A stretch of 32,000 bases of DNA from Candidatus Saccharimonadota bacterium (GCA_016700015.1 CP064995.1:630001-662000); one strand, 5' to 3'. Shown: positions 16,981-26,155, numbered from the stretch's first letter. Program-made: numbers and translations. Notes: generated by a model from the letters alone, not told the origin.

Positions 16981-17893
16981 CCGACTGGCGAGTCGCGACA
17001 TTTCCAAGCCCAATTCTCACGCCATGGTGCACGCGTGTTTCAATCCGCGCACCCTCTATGCTTGCCGAAAACTTCAACACAATACCACCACCATAATCTA
17101 CTGGTTGATAGGTATCCGCGAATGTCCCATCATCATTTTTTAGTTGTCCATCGATCTCTTTAATAAGTGGATTCACTGTATCATAGTGCGATGTTGCCCA
17201 AATCACTAATTTTTTTCCGGGGTTATTCGCATGCCAAACACGAGCATAACGTTCAAGGATATACAAAGATTTTTTCGTGCGATCGATAAGATCCTGTTGA
17301 CCCTCCGCCCCCGTCTTCAGGCGCTCGACTTTCTCGACATCCATCTCATGTGCGGCCCAACCGGCTGGAGTCAGCCCGGTCTTTGCCTCCTCATCAGCGT
17401 AGCCATACTTCTGCTGTAGAAACGCCAGGTAGCTCTTGTCTGCAGGATTAAAAATATCTGGCTCACGAATACCAGACATTGGACGAATGGATTGGCCAGT
17501 ATCCTGAGAGTAGGCAACCGAAAAATCAGCTTTCAGATTAAGAATATGCTCATTAGCATCAATGCCTCGCTCCTTCATGACGTGAACTGCCGCATCCTGA
17601 GCTAGCTGGCCAGTCTCGAGGCTTCGGTGCCCCTTTCCAGCGTACTGAGTATCGCTAGAAACAAACAATACGTAGGTGTCTTGCGCTCCCTCAGCAAGCA
17701 CATCGTGGAACCATTGCTCGTCAGCACTTTTAATACGCTCGGCATCATCAGTAAACAGCGAGCCAGCATCCTGGGCACCCCTATCGCGATTATACTTGCC
17801 GTGACGCTGAAAAATGACGGCCGTTTCTCCTTGGGAAAGTTTCGGTACCACAATATCAGCCTGCTCAATTTTGTGCGGGTTTCTTTCTGTCAT
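16952..17893 (-). CDS. Histidine phosphatase superfamily (PGM-like branch) protein
   Basis: 313 aa from MTERNPH; RHG motif (VIFQRHGKY), GHRSLETG, second catalytic His in ATSHYDT; the start at 17893 lies 4 nt after the upstream small ORF stop. Confidence 0.65.
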   Translation of the reverse strand: MTERNPHKIEQADIVVPKLSQGETAVIFQRHGKYNRDRGAQDAGSLFTDDAERIKSADEQWFHDVLAEGAQDTYVLFVSSDTQYAGKGHRSLETGQLAQDAAVHVMKERGIDANEHILNLKADFSVAYSQDTGQSIRPMSGIREPDIFNPADKSYLAFLQQKYGYADEEAKTGLTPAGWAAHEMDVEKVERLKTGAEGQQDLIDRTKKSLYILERYARVWHANNPGKKLVIWATSHYDTVNPLIKEIDGQLKNDDGTFADTYQPVDYGGGIVLKFSASIEGARIETRVHHGVRIGLGNVATRQSVTRLGLPKY

Positions 17894-17897
17894 GGTT

Positions 17898-18107
17898 TTA
17901 TACCTTTGGGGCCTCAAGTGCGGCTAGTCTATCTGCCGCTGCCGCAAGTCGCCGTGCTTCTTCTTTGTAGAGTGGACGGAGGGCTTCAGGAGTCGCAGGG
18001 TCTCCAGCGTGACCAACCATAACGGCTGACTGCTGGCTCAGTTCAGCGCCAGTTGCTGGTAACGGTTCAATATATTCTTGCGGTGTTATGGGGTGCTGTT
18101 CATTCAT
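17898..18107 (-). CDS. Small hypothetical protein (69 aa from the ATG; track start 18122 is a TTG inside a TATAAT box)
   Basis: ORF translationally adjacent to the phosphatase gene; TATAAT (18127-18122) upstream. Confidence 0.4.
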   Translation of the reverse strand: MNEQHPITPQEYIEPLPATGAELSQQSAVMVGHAGDPATPEALRPLYKEEARRLAAAADRLAALEAPKV

Positions 18108-18150
18108 AGTGTTGGTTTTCAATTATATCTGTAGTAAAATATAGCACAGA

Positions 18151-18978
18151 ATGGTAAAAAAGTCAAGTATTACCCCTATCCGTATCTGGCTTCGCGAGGC
18201 CGCCGAACAACTCGCTGACGTTGGGATTAGCAGTGCCTTACTTGATGCCGAACTCATACTGGCTCACACACTACGCAAAAGCCGCACTTACTTACATGCA
18301 CACGAAGAAGATGGCATTGAACCACGTGAACTCGATATTGCGAACGCGCGACTCGACTTACGTCTTGATCGTACCCCCCTCGCCTACATCGTTGGTCACC
18401 GCTGGTTTTATGGACGACAGTTCAAAGTCACTCCCGCAGTATTAATTCCCCGTCCAGAATCTGAGGTACTCATTGAACTACTTAAAAAGTACATCAACCC
18501 TAGCCATCGTACTCTGCTCGATATCGGTACTGGGAGCGGCTGCCTTGGTATTACCGCCAAACTCGAGCACCCCGAACTTACCGTCACCCTGCTCGATATC
18601 AGCCGCCACGCACTTATTGTTGCCGAGCAGAATGCTAGTGACCTTCATGCTCGTGTTGCAACCTTAAGGAGTGATCTACTTGCTTCGGCCCCTCGCCGCG
18701 CCGATGTTATATTAGCAAACCTGCCTTATGTCGACAAAAGCTGGGAGCGCTCTCCAGAAACCAATTACGAACCAGAACTTGCTCTGTTTGCCGACAAAAA
18801 CGGCACCGCACTCATAAAAAAACTAATTGAGCAGGCTATCCCATTACTTCCAGCCGGCGGCTTGCTTATTATTGAAGCCGACCCTTATCAGCACGCCAAA
18901 CTCATTCAGCATGCATCTAGCGGCGGACTGTCCCACCTCGAAACTCTCGACTACGGACTAGTGTTTGTAAAGCCCTAG
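18151..18978 (+). CDS. prmC: Release factor glutamine N5-methyltransferase PrmC/HemK
   Basis: 275 aa; SAM-binding LLDIGTGSGCLG; motif IV present as NLPY (18718-18729) rather than NPPY; N-terminal HemK helical domain. Confidence 0.88.
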   Translation: MVKKSSITPIRIWLREAAEQLADVGISSALLDAELILAHTLRKSRTYLHAHEEDGIEPRELDIANARLDLRLDRTPLAYIVGHRWFYGRQFKVTPAVLIPRPESEVLIELLKKYINPSHRTLLDIGTGSGCLGITAKLEHPELTVTLLDISRHALIVAEQNASDLHARVATLRSDLLASAPRRADVILANLPYVDKSWERSPETNYEPELALFADKNGTALIKKLIEQAIPLLPAGGLLIIEADPYQHAKLIQHASSGGLSHLETLDYGLVFVKP

Positions 18979-20129
18979 CCCGAGTAATTACCTAGTGTGA
19001 TTTTAATTGTCTGTTCTTTGCCACCGCGTAATAGCATCAGTTCTATAGTATCACCCGGCGCGTATTCGCCCGCTAAACTTGAGACACTACCCTGCACTCC
19101 GACAGTGAGCCCATTAATTTTGACAATGACATCTTTGTCACGAATACCAGCCTTGTCTGCTGGACCGCCTGCAACCACACCGCTAGTTGCTTCGTCACCA
19201 ATAATAAGCGCACCTTTAGTCTGTTGTATGTTGTATTGTTTCGCCACAGTCGGCGTAAGGGAAACATAGCGCAGGCCCAAATAGGCACGCTGTACCCCCT
19301 TGCCTGCCAACACCGATTTGAGCGCACCTTTCGTGGCATTGATTGGAATAGCAAATCCAATACCTTGAGCATCCGCAGCCACGGCCGTATTGATACCAAT
19401 AACTTGTCCCGAAAAGTTAAGCAGTGGTCCACCTGAATTACCCGGGTTAATAGCGGCATCAGTCTGTAGCAAATCAGTCAGATTTTCCGTTTCACCACTT
19501 TCGCCGCTCGCGGCGGAGACCGGTCGACCCTTGCCTGAAATAATCCCGCTTGTCACAGTTGTCTGATACTGACCCAGTGAATTACCGATTGCGACGACCT
19601 GTTGGCCGACTCGTACCGTCGAAGAATCGCCAAGCACCGCAGGTGCTAGATCTGACACTCCATCTACTTTCAGAAAAGCGACATCATTCAGCGGATCTGA
19701 CCCAATAATCCGCACATCACTATAAGTTGTCCCGTTAGATAACACGATTTCAACCTTGCTCGCACCAGAAATCACATGTTTGTTAGTCAGAATATAACCG
19801 TCTTTGCTGACGATAATTCCCGTCCCAGCAGCCTGTGCTTGTGCCATACCAAAAATCGTTCGTGTTGTGATATTTGTGATGATGGAAACCACACTTGGCG
19901 ACACCTTCTCTGCAATTGCAGCCATAGCATCCTCTGAGCTGGTCGACTTTAGATTGCCGTCGGCCACTAGCGTCGTACGGCTGGTAACAGGGGTTCTGTT
20001 GGTGTGCATCCACCAATATATGCCACCGCCAATAATAGCAAGCGTCGAGCCAATCAAAATTAGACCAATAACAACCAAAAATCGCTTTATACGCTGGGCA
20101 TACGTTTGTTTCGCAGGCTTCTCCATCAT
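18975..20129 (-). CDS. htrA: HtrA/DegP-family serine protease with PDZ domain
   Basis: N-terminal TM anchor; catalytic TNKHV, DVAFLKV, GNSGGPL; C-terminal PDZ (PADKAGIRDKDVIVKINGL); start taken at MMEKP after a GGGGG SD. Confidence 0.9.
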   Translation of the reverse strand: MMEKPAKQTYAQRIKRFLVVIGLILIGSTLAIIGGGIYWWMHTNRTPVTSRTTLVADGNLKSTSSEDAMAAIAEKVSPSVVSIITNITTRTIFGMAQAQAAGTGIIVSKDGYILTNKHVISGASKVEIVLSNGTTYSDVRIIGSDPLNDVAFLKVDGVSDLAPAVLGDSSTVRVGQQVVAIGNSLGQYQTTVTSGIISGKGRPVSAASGESGETENLTDLLQTDAAINPGNSGGPLLNFSGQVIGINTAVAADAQGIGFAIPINATKGALKSVLAGKGVQRAYLGLRYVSLTPTVAKQYNIQQTKGALIIGDEATSGVVAGGPADKAGIRDKDVIVKINGLTVGVQGSVSSLAGEYAPGDTIELMLLRGGKEQTIKITLGNYSG

Positions 20130-20148
20130 TCCCCCTATAGTGTGTTTA

Positions 20149-20928
20149 TTACAGTGCTGTGTTGCCGTTAATAATTGCAAGCACATATGCCACAATCATT
20201 ACTGCAGCAGCGAGCAATGCTGGCAAAATAATATCTGCACGCCGCACCAGACCGTGTTTATGATAGCTTGCATATGCACGTTCGGCTACAAGCCCGATAA
20301 GAGTAGCAAAGAGAGCAAGCTGTGAAAACTGCAGCTGTTTGTAACCTGGAACAGGATAGGCCATGAGCCAGTGAAAAGCAATCCATCCTAGCTCGGAGAA
20401 TATAAAACCAGATACAAAACTGTATAGTTGTGTCATGGGCTCATCATAGCTCCCTAGGATATGGCGCGACGAAACGTAACCTATAACCCACATAGTAAGC
20501 ACAAAAAATGCCACATTCCAGGCGTACGACACCATCGAAAGTGCAGTAATGCCAACAAACACAGCAACGCCTGCCTGGATTGCCACGTAGCTCCGGCGAG
20601 AACGCGGCTTAATAACCAACAGCCAACCGACATACAGTAGGGCAATAGCGGCTTGAAGCCATATCGCACCACTTGCACCATACAAAAACGTCACAACACT
20701 CACGCCAACGATAATATCCACCATATTAGCTACGAGATTTGCAAACCAAAATCGAGGCCGTACCGCCAGTGCGCGCCATTTACTTAACAACACAAGACCA
20801 TAAGCAAACCATGAGGATTGTATGAGCAATACCACAACAAACAATGTCACTGCCAGCCCTATGTTCAGGGTAATGTACAGCACCTCGCTTAGTCTGGTAC
20901 GTCGTGTGTGTGATCGTAGTAGATCCAT
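20149..20928 (-). CDS. Polytopic integral membrane protein, unknown function
   Basis: 259 aa, ~7-8 hydrophobic helices, no recognisable motif. Confidence 0.6.
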   Translation of the reverse strand: MDLLRSHTRRTRLSEVLYITLNIGLAVTLFVVVLLIQSSWFAYGLVLLSKWRALAVRPRFWFANLVANMVDIIVGVSVVTFLYGASGAIWLQAAIALLYVGWLLVIKPRSRRSYVAIQAGVAVFVGITALSMVSYAWNVAFFVLTMWVIGYVSSRHILGSYDEPMTQLYSFVSGFIFSELGWIAFHWLMAYPVPGYKQLQFSQLALFATLIGLVAERAYASYHKHGLVRRADIILPALLAAAVMIVAYVLAIINGNTAL

Positions 20929-20952
20929 ATCTCCACCATTATACCATCGGTG

Positions 20953-22626
20953 TTACTGATTGTCGCTACTAGTGGGCGGAGAAACGATCACAATCACATA
21001 GTCGGTTGTTGCCGGTATTTGTATGGGTAGTGCTTCGGCGCTAAGGTTTTTTCCGTACAGCACTACTAATTTTTCAAGTGTTAGCGGTTTCTTTTTATCT
21101 GTGGCTGAAGTAGCTTGATAAATTGTGTTAGTTTTGTACGTCGCGGACGCAGGAGCATTGCCAACCTGATCAATCTCCATACCAAGCGCCATCAGCCTAT
21201 CGGCTTCTTTTTGTGCAGCCCCAGCCACACCCGACGCATTCAAGACAATCACATGAGCCGCCTCGAGCGCAAGTGGACTGGAGTTGAGTTGCTTCTTGAT
21301 GTGCGCCTGGATTTGAGTAAAGTTGTACATGCCAGCGACTGGCTGGGCAGCACCCGTTACAAGTTGATTATCCAAAAGACTGATACTCTTGATCTGATCT
21401 GTAGGAATAGTTTCGGCCAGTTTCATGATAGTACGGATTTCTGCTGTCTCAAAATTTGTGCGCAAATTCTTGCCAAGGGCATCAATGATGCCACTTACTT
21501 TGCCCACGTTAGTAATTGTTCCTGTGCTCATTGCTTTCTCTTTGATTGCTACAATGATCTTTTGTTGATTCTTTTCGCGATCAAAGTTTGAGTTCCCAAG
21601 ACCGTAGGTTGGTTCGATATCGCCTCGCGCCATCGCGAGATACAGCGCATGTTCGGCATCAAGTTGGGTTAAGCCATTTTTATATTCAATGAAGTGTCCA
21701 TTTGGTGGACAGTTCTTTTTCTTTTGGCTATAGGTAGCGCCACATTTCCAATCAAAATTGCTATCCATCACGCCAGGTGCGCCACCACTCCCTTCAATCA
21801 TTACTGTAATTCCATCAAGTGCTTTCACCACATCTCGCATCACTGAATAATTGACGTGCACGCTATACTGAATATCAAGTCCCACTACCTCGCTGACCAA
21901 TTTACGAAATTCGGTCTGCCTCTCATCTTCAGCCGATGAACTGCCAAAATCATCGTTCACACATTGGAAAAAAGCGTTTATCTTACCTGAATATCCAGGC
22001 ACACATGATCTTCCGTAGCGAACCTCGAGATCACGCGGAATACTTACCATATAAGCATTATTCTTTTTCTGATCGACCGTCAGCACCATAATCGAGTCGG
22101 TCAGGTTACCGCCCGGGTGACCAGGATCATCCTCTGACGTACCAAAAACCAGTATATTTGTGCGACCGTTGCCATCCATCTTGAGCTGCCGCTGTTGCAC
22201 GAGACCAAATATGTCACCCTTAAACACGGCGTTGCTGGCAAGGAGTGTTTTAACCCCAACCCAGCCACCAAACCCAATGGCTGCGATAAGCAATACGATT
22301 ATCAATCGCTTAAAAAGTTTCTTGACACTAATTCGACGGCGTCCACGTCGTTTCTTTTCAGCTTCAGACTGTATGTCAATATCGCGCAGTGACTGGTCGA
22401 CATCCTCTCGGCGAATTATTACTCCGGGTCGCTGGAGACCATACGCGGTCGGAACGATAGCATTAGTACTCCTTTCTTCCTGACTATCTACTGGAGACAT
22501 AGAGGGGTGACGTACAAGACCCGAGACATCTGGCTTTGGAAGCTTTTTATCGGTAGCATGGTGCTCCCCGATCATGCCGGGGGAGCGCCTTGGAATAAAG
22601 CCGTCTACAGATGGTTTTTTTGACAT
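20953..22626 (-). CDS. LytR-CpsA-Psr (LCP) family cell-wall glycopolymer ligase with C-terminal LytR_C-like domain
   Basis: 557 aa; N-terminal cytoplasmic tail plus one TM; ILVFGTSEDD...NLTDSIMVLTVD...VSIPRDL LCP core. Confidence 0.85.
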   Translation of the reverse strand: MSKKPSVDGFIPRRSPGMIGEHHATDKKLPKPDVSGLVRHPSMSPVDSQEERSTNAIVPTAYGLQRPGVIIRREDVDQSLRDIDIQSEAEKKRRGRRRISVKKLFKRLIIVLLIAAIGFGGWVGVKTLLASNAVFKGDIFGLVQQRQLKMDGNGRTNILVFGTSEDDPGHPGGNLTDSIMVLTVDQKKNNAYMVSIPRDLEVRYGRSCVPGYSGKINAFFQCVNDDFGSSSAEDERQTEFRKLVSEVVGLDIQYSVHVNYSVMRDVVKALDGITVMIEGSGGAPGVMDSNFDWKCGATYSQKKKNCPPNGHFIEYKNGLTQLDAEHALYLAMARGDIEPTYGLGNSNFDREKNQQKIIVAIKEKAMSTGTITNVGKVSGIIDALGKNLRTNFETAEIRTIMKLAETIPTDQIKSISLLDNQLVTGAAQPVAGMYNFTQIQAHIKKQLNSSPLALEAAHVIVLNASGVAGAAQKEADRLMALGMEIDQVGNAPASATYKTNTIYQATSATDKKKPLTLEKLVVLYGKNLSAEALPIQIPATTDYVIVIVSPPTSSDNQ

Positions 22627-22707
22627 ATACTACCTCTACTATAGCTAACGTGTGTTAAAAATGGAACTAGTCATGCTAATGTTTTGTGGTTTTCGTCACC
22701 CATCCTG

Positions 22708-22713
22708 TATAGT
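22708..22713 (+). promoter_or_regulatory. -10 box (TATAGT) of lepB
   Basis: TATAGT ends 7 nt upstream of the ATG at 22721. Confidence 0.4.
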
Positions 22714-22720
22714 GAGAGGA

Positions 22721-23332
22721 ATGGAAGCAAACTTTATCGAACGACATCCTCGACTTAAGGATATTCTGCATTTTTTTGTATTTATTTTGATCGTTTTCAT
22801 TGGCACCGTCATTATAAATACGTTTATTTTTCGGAGCTTTTCGGTAACTGGGCATAGTATGGACAACACACTGGCCGATGGTGAGCGCCTAATCGTGAAC
22901 CGCATGCCCATCACTACTGCTCAGTTCCAAAATAAAAGTTACTCACCTGAGCGTGGGCAAATAATTGTATTTAAAAATCCACGCTTTGTTCAAGGCGAGC
23001 GCGACGAATATATTGTTAAGCGCGTCATAGCATTTGCCGGGGAGCGCGTAACTGTAAATGGCGGTGTACTGACCGTTTATAACACAGACCATCCAAACGG
23101 CTTTCATCCCGATGATGATTACCGCAAAAACGGCGTCGGCCCTAAATCACCCGTTAGCGGAGATGGTGTCGACATTGTCGTGCCGGATGGCACTATCTTC
23201 GTGTGCGGTGACAATCGTGTTGGCAATATGTCCTACGATTCTCGAACCGGACTTGGTACGATTCCTATTTTCGACATCGTAGGGCCCGTCGGCGTCCGAC
23301 TATGGCCGATCACAAAATTCACTATATTCTAG
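22721..23332 (+). CDS. lepB: Signal peptidase I
   Basis: 203 aa from MEANFIERH; TM anchor, catalytic Ser box TGHSMDNTL, Lys box KRVIAFAGERV, GDNRVGNMSYDSR. Confidence 0.9.
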   Translation: MEANFIERHPRLKDILHFFVFILIVFIGTVIINTFIFRSFSVTGHSMDNTLADGERLIVNRMPITTAQFQNKSYSPERGQIIVFKNPRFVQGERDEYIVKRVIAFAGERVTVNGGVLTVYNTDHPNGFHPDDDYRKNGVGPKSPVSGDGVDIVVPDGTIFVCGDNRVGNMSYDSRTGLGTIPIFDIVGPVGVRLWPITKFTIF

Positions 23333-24210
23333 AGCCTTTTAAGAAGTTTTGCCAGACGCGCAAAATCCGCATTATTAGTAAATCTGATAACAATCTGGCC
23401 CGAACCTTTAGCGGAAGTGCGGATTGATACCGGTGCCTTAAAGCGACGCTGAAACATCTCCGCATCTTGTTGGTGTAGCATTACTTCTGAGGTTTTGCGT
23501 ATTGGCTGGTCACCTGCCTTGATACGATTAACATACTGCTCGATTGCACGCGAACTCCACTCTTCTTGCAATATACGCGGTAGCACTTTCTCAATAACGT
23601 CAACCTCTAACCCAATCAATGGTCGCGCCTGACCTTCACGAAGCAGCCCGTCGGCAAGCGCTTCTCTCACCGACTCGGGCAAACGCAGCAGACGCAGCGT
23701 ATTACTAATTGCCGCTACCGATTTACCGCCAACCCTGTGGCCAATCTGATCAAGCGTCAGGTTGAATTGATCACGAAGCTTGAGGTATGCCGTGGCGGTT
23801 TCCAGGACATTGAGGTCTTTGCGTTGCAAATTTTCTATTAGCGAAAGTTCAAGTTTGTGCTGGTTGGACAATGTTCGGATGATTGCAGGAATTTTATCGA
23901 GACCGGCTCGTTTTGCGGCATGGTATCGCCGCTCGCCGGCAACAATCATGTAACCATCCCCATACGGGCGTACCACAATCGGCTGCAAAATGCCATGAGC
24001 TTTGATCGATTCTGCCAGCTCATCAAGCGATACATCATCAAACATTCGACGTGGCTGTTCTGGGTCGGGCGTAATCACTGCGAGTCGCAAATGGCGTAAA
24101 TCACTCATTTTTTCGTCTTGCGCCGCAGTCGGATCAAATTCCTCGTCGAGTAGTTCTGTCGGAATGAGTGAATCAAAACCTCTTCCTAATCCCATTTTTT
24201 TAGCTGACAC
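23329..24210 (-). CDS. parB: Chromosome partitioning protein ParB
   Basis: 293 aa; ParB box GERRYHAAKRAGL, HTH region, LIENLQRKDLN. Confidence 0.92.
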   Translation of the reverse strand: MSAKKMGLGRGFDSLIPTELLDEEFDPTAAQDEKMSDLRHLRLAVITPDPEQPRRMFDDVSLDELAESIKAHGILQPIVVRPYGDGYMIVAGERRYHAAKRAGLDKIPAIIRTLSNQHKLELSLIENLQRKDLNVLETATAYLKLRDQFNLTLDQIGHRVGGKSVAAISNTLRLLRLPESVREALADGLLREGQARPLIGLEVDVIEKVLPRILQEEWSSRAIEQYVNRIKAGDQPIRKTSEVMLHQQDAEMFQRRFKAPVSIRTSAKGSGQIVIRFTNNADFARLAKLLKRL

Positions 24211-24964
24211 GTTCTATCACCTCCTTGGTTACCGCTTTGTACGCACGCGCACCCTTACTCCAACGATCATACACGCCGATCGGCGCACCATGACTCGGTG
24301 CTTCAGCCAAACGGACATTCCGTGGAATAATCGTTTTGAAAACTTTAGCGGGAAAGTGCTTATTGATTTCCGCCAGCACCTGGCCTGAAAGTGATGTACG
24401 ACTATCTACCATTGTCGGCAGCACACCTATGAGGTCAAGTGTTGGGTTCAGGTTTTTACGGATTAGCTTCATGGTTTCAAGCAGCTGACCAAGACCCTCA
24501 AGTGCATAGAATTCAGCCTGCACCGGCAACAGTACGTAGCGCGCTGCAATCAGCCCATTCACCGTCAGCAAACTAAGACTGGGCGGACTGTCGACAATGA
24601 TATATTCATAATCTTGCGCACCAGATTCGATCGCTTGCTTGAGGCGCGTAAAACGATGACTAGCTTGAGCAAGCTCCACTTCTGTATTCGCAAGCACGGG
24701 AGTTGAGGGCGCAATAGATAGGTTTTTGTGCTCCGTGGTCACGATGATATCGGCCAGAGTGTGTGTACCCATAACAACATCTGCCATCGTTAGCGAAAGG
24801 TTTTGCTTGTCAATACCAAGGCCGCTCGTAGCATTACCCTGCGGGTCAAAGTCAACCAATAAAGTTTTATGACCAAACTTAGCTAGATAGTAAGCAACAT
24901 TAATTGCGGTAGTCGTTTTACCGACCCCGCCCTTTTGATTTGTCACTGCAATAACAGTAGTCAC
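24200..24964 (-). CDS. parA: Chromosome partitioning ATPase ParA/Soj
   Basis: 254 aa from the GTG at 24964 (GAGGGA SD 9 nt upstream); deviant Walker A NQKGGVGKTT; overlaps parB by 11 nt. Confidence 0.92.
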   Translation of the reverse strand: MTTVIAVTNQKGGVGKTTTAINVAYYLAKFGHKTLLVDFDPQGNATSGLGIDKQNLSLTMADVVMGTHTLADIIVTTEHKNLSIAPSTPVLANTEVELAQASHRFTRLKQAIESGAQDYEYIIVDSPPSLSLLTVNGLIAARYVLLPVQAEFYALEGLGQLLETMKLIRKNLNPTLDLIGVLPTMVDSRTSLSGQVLAEINKHFPAKVFKTIIPRNVRLAEAPSHGAPIGVYDRWSKGARAYKAVTKEVIERVS

Positions 24965-25059
24965 GTGTTGATTTCCCTCGCTTCTTTCTAGTACCAGTAT
25001 ACCATGCACTACAAGTGTGTAGGGATATGCATTTTTATTATGTATACTGTGTAGAGCAT

Positions 25060-26151
25060 ATGCCACATAGTCCGTTCGTAGTTCGACTACTCTTTTACAG
25101 TATACTCTTTGTTGTGACTGTAACTAGTGTACTAATCATCACAGGCAATCAACTGCCCGCCCGTCAAGCTGCTATCTATCCCTATCAGCGAGTTACGCAG
25201 GCCACTGCACCACTACACCCACTCCTCGTGTTCGATAGTGAGCATTACTACAACATCGCCGCCTACGGATATCAATCATACCCTATGAACCAAGCGTTCT
25301 TTCCGCTCTATCCATTGTTAGTACGAGGACTCTCCTACATCACAAGTACCCATATCGCTATGTTAGTTATTAGTGCCATCTGTATCCCACTGTCGGCTAT
25401 TTTTCTTTTTTTGTGGGCGCGAGTTGAACTACGCCTGAGAGGATATGGCAACAACCGCACTCCATTTAGGATGCTGCTTCTGATCGCCATCTTTCCTACG
25501 TCCTTTTTTCTCGTCATGGGTTACAATGAGAGCTTATTTATATTTCTTTCTGCAGCGTCGTTATACTTTTATCGCACCGACCGTCCATGGCTAGCAGGCA
25601 TATTCGCCGCATTCAGTACGGCAACTCGAGTCCAGGGATGTATGATCGTGTTGGTGTTTCTGCTTGAATACCTACTAGCGAAGCAGTGGTATGATCGCTA
25701 CAAGCTGATTCCACTTCTTATGGCACCACTAGGGATCGTTGCGTTCATGGCATATCAATGGCAGGTTTTTGGAAACCCCGTTGCGTTTGTGACCGCACAG
25801 CATCTTTGGGGTAAATTTTCTGACAACTACCTATATTCGATCGCCAGCTCCATCTCGCCCTCATATATTTTTTTCTACATCCCAATTTTGGCGTTCATGC
25901 TCTACCTAACTTACAAAAAACTCGGTGCCGTATGGCTCACTTATTGTGTTGCGCCATTTCTACTTTGCATAGTCTCGGGATCACTCGTCAGTATCAACCG
26001 TTATGCACTTTCGGCGTTTCCTCTTTTTCTTGCACTCGCAATCTACCTACCAACAATAAAACAACCCTTGCAGATTGGTCTTATATTCACCTGCGTAATC
26101 GGACTGCTCATGAATATTTCGCTAGTGTGCAATACAATCTTCATTGGATAA
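25060..26151 (+). CDS. Polytopic membrane protein, putative GT-C-type (PIG-V/mannosyltransferase-like) glycosyltransferase
   Basis: ~10 TM helices; DSEHYYNIAAYGY...AFFPLYPLLVR resembles the conserved first-loop motif of PIG-V-like GT-C enzymes (recalled, unverified). Confidence 0.5.
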   Translation: MPHSPFVVRLLFYSILFVVTVTSVLIITGNQLPARQAAIYPYQRVTQATAPLHPLLVFDSEHYYNIAAYGYQSYPMNQAFFPLYPLLVRGLSYITSTHIAMLVISAICIPLSAIFLFLWARVELRLRGYGNNRTPFRMLLLIAIFPTSFFLVMGYNESLFIFLSAASLYFYRTDRPWLAGIFAAFSTATRVQGCMIVLVFLLEYLLAKQWYDRYKLIPLLMAPLGIVAFMAYQWQVFGNPVAFVTAQHLWGKFSDNYLYSIASSISPSYIFFYIPILAFMLYLTYKKLGAVWLTYCVAPFLLCIVSGSLVSINRYALSAFPLFLALAIYLPTIKQPLQIGLIFTCVIGLLMNISLVCNTIFIG

Positions 26152-26155
26152 CAAA

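Noticed and set aside
19804-20325. A 173-aa plus-strand ORF.
   Set aside because: It is antisense to htrA and the membrane protein gene, with no start signals. Shadow ORF.
21115-21591. A 158-aa plus-strand ORF.
   Set aside because: It is antisense to the LCP gene. Shadow ORF.
24955-24970. A CACGTG-centred sequence near the parA start, plus other CACGTG sites (1761, 30651), examined as possible parS (consensus TGTTTCACGTGAAACA).
   Set aside because: The flanking half-sites match the parS consensus poorly (at most 6 of 8 on one side only). No convincing parS is present in this window.
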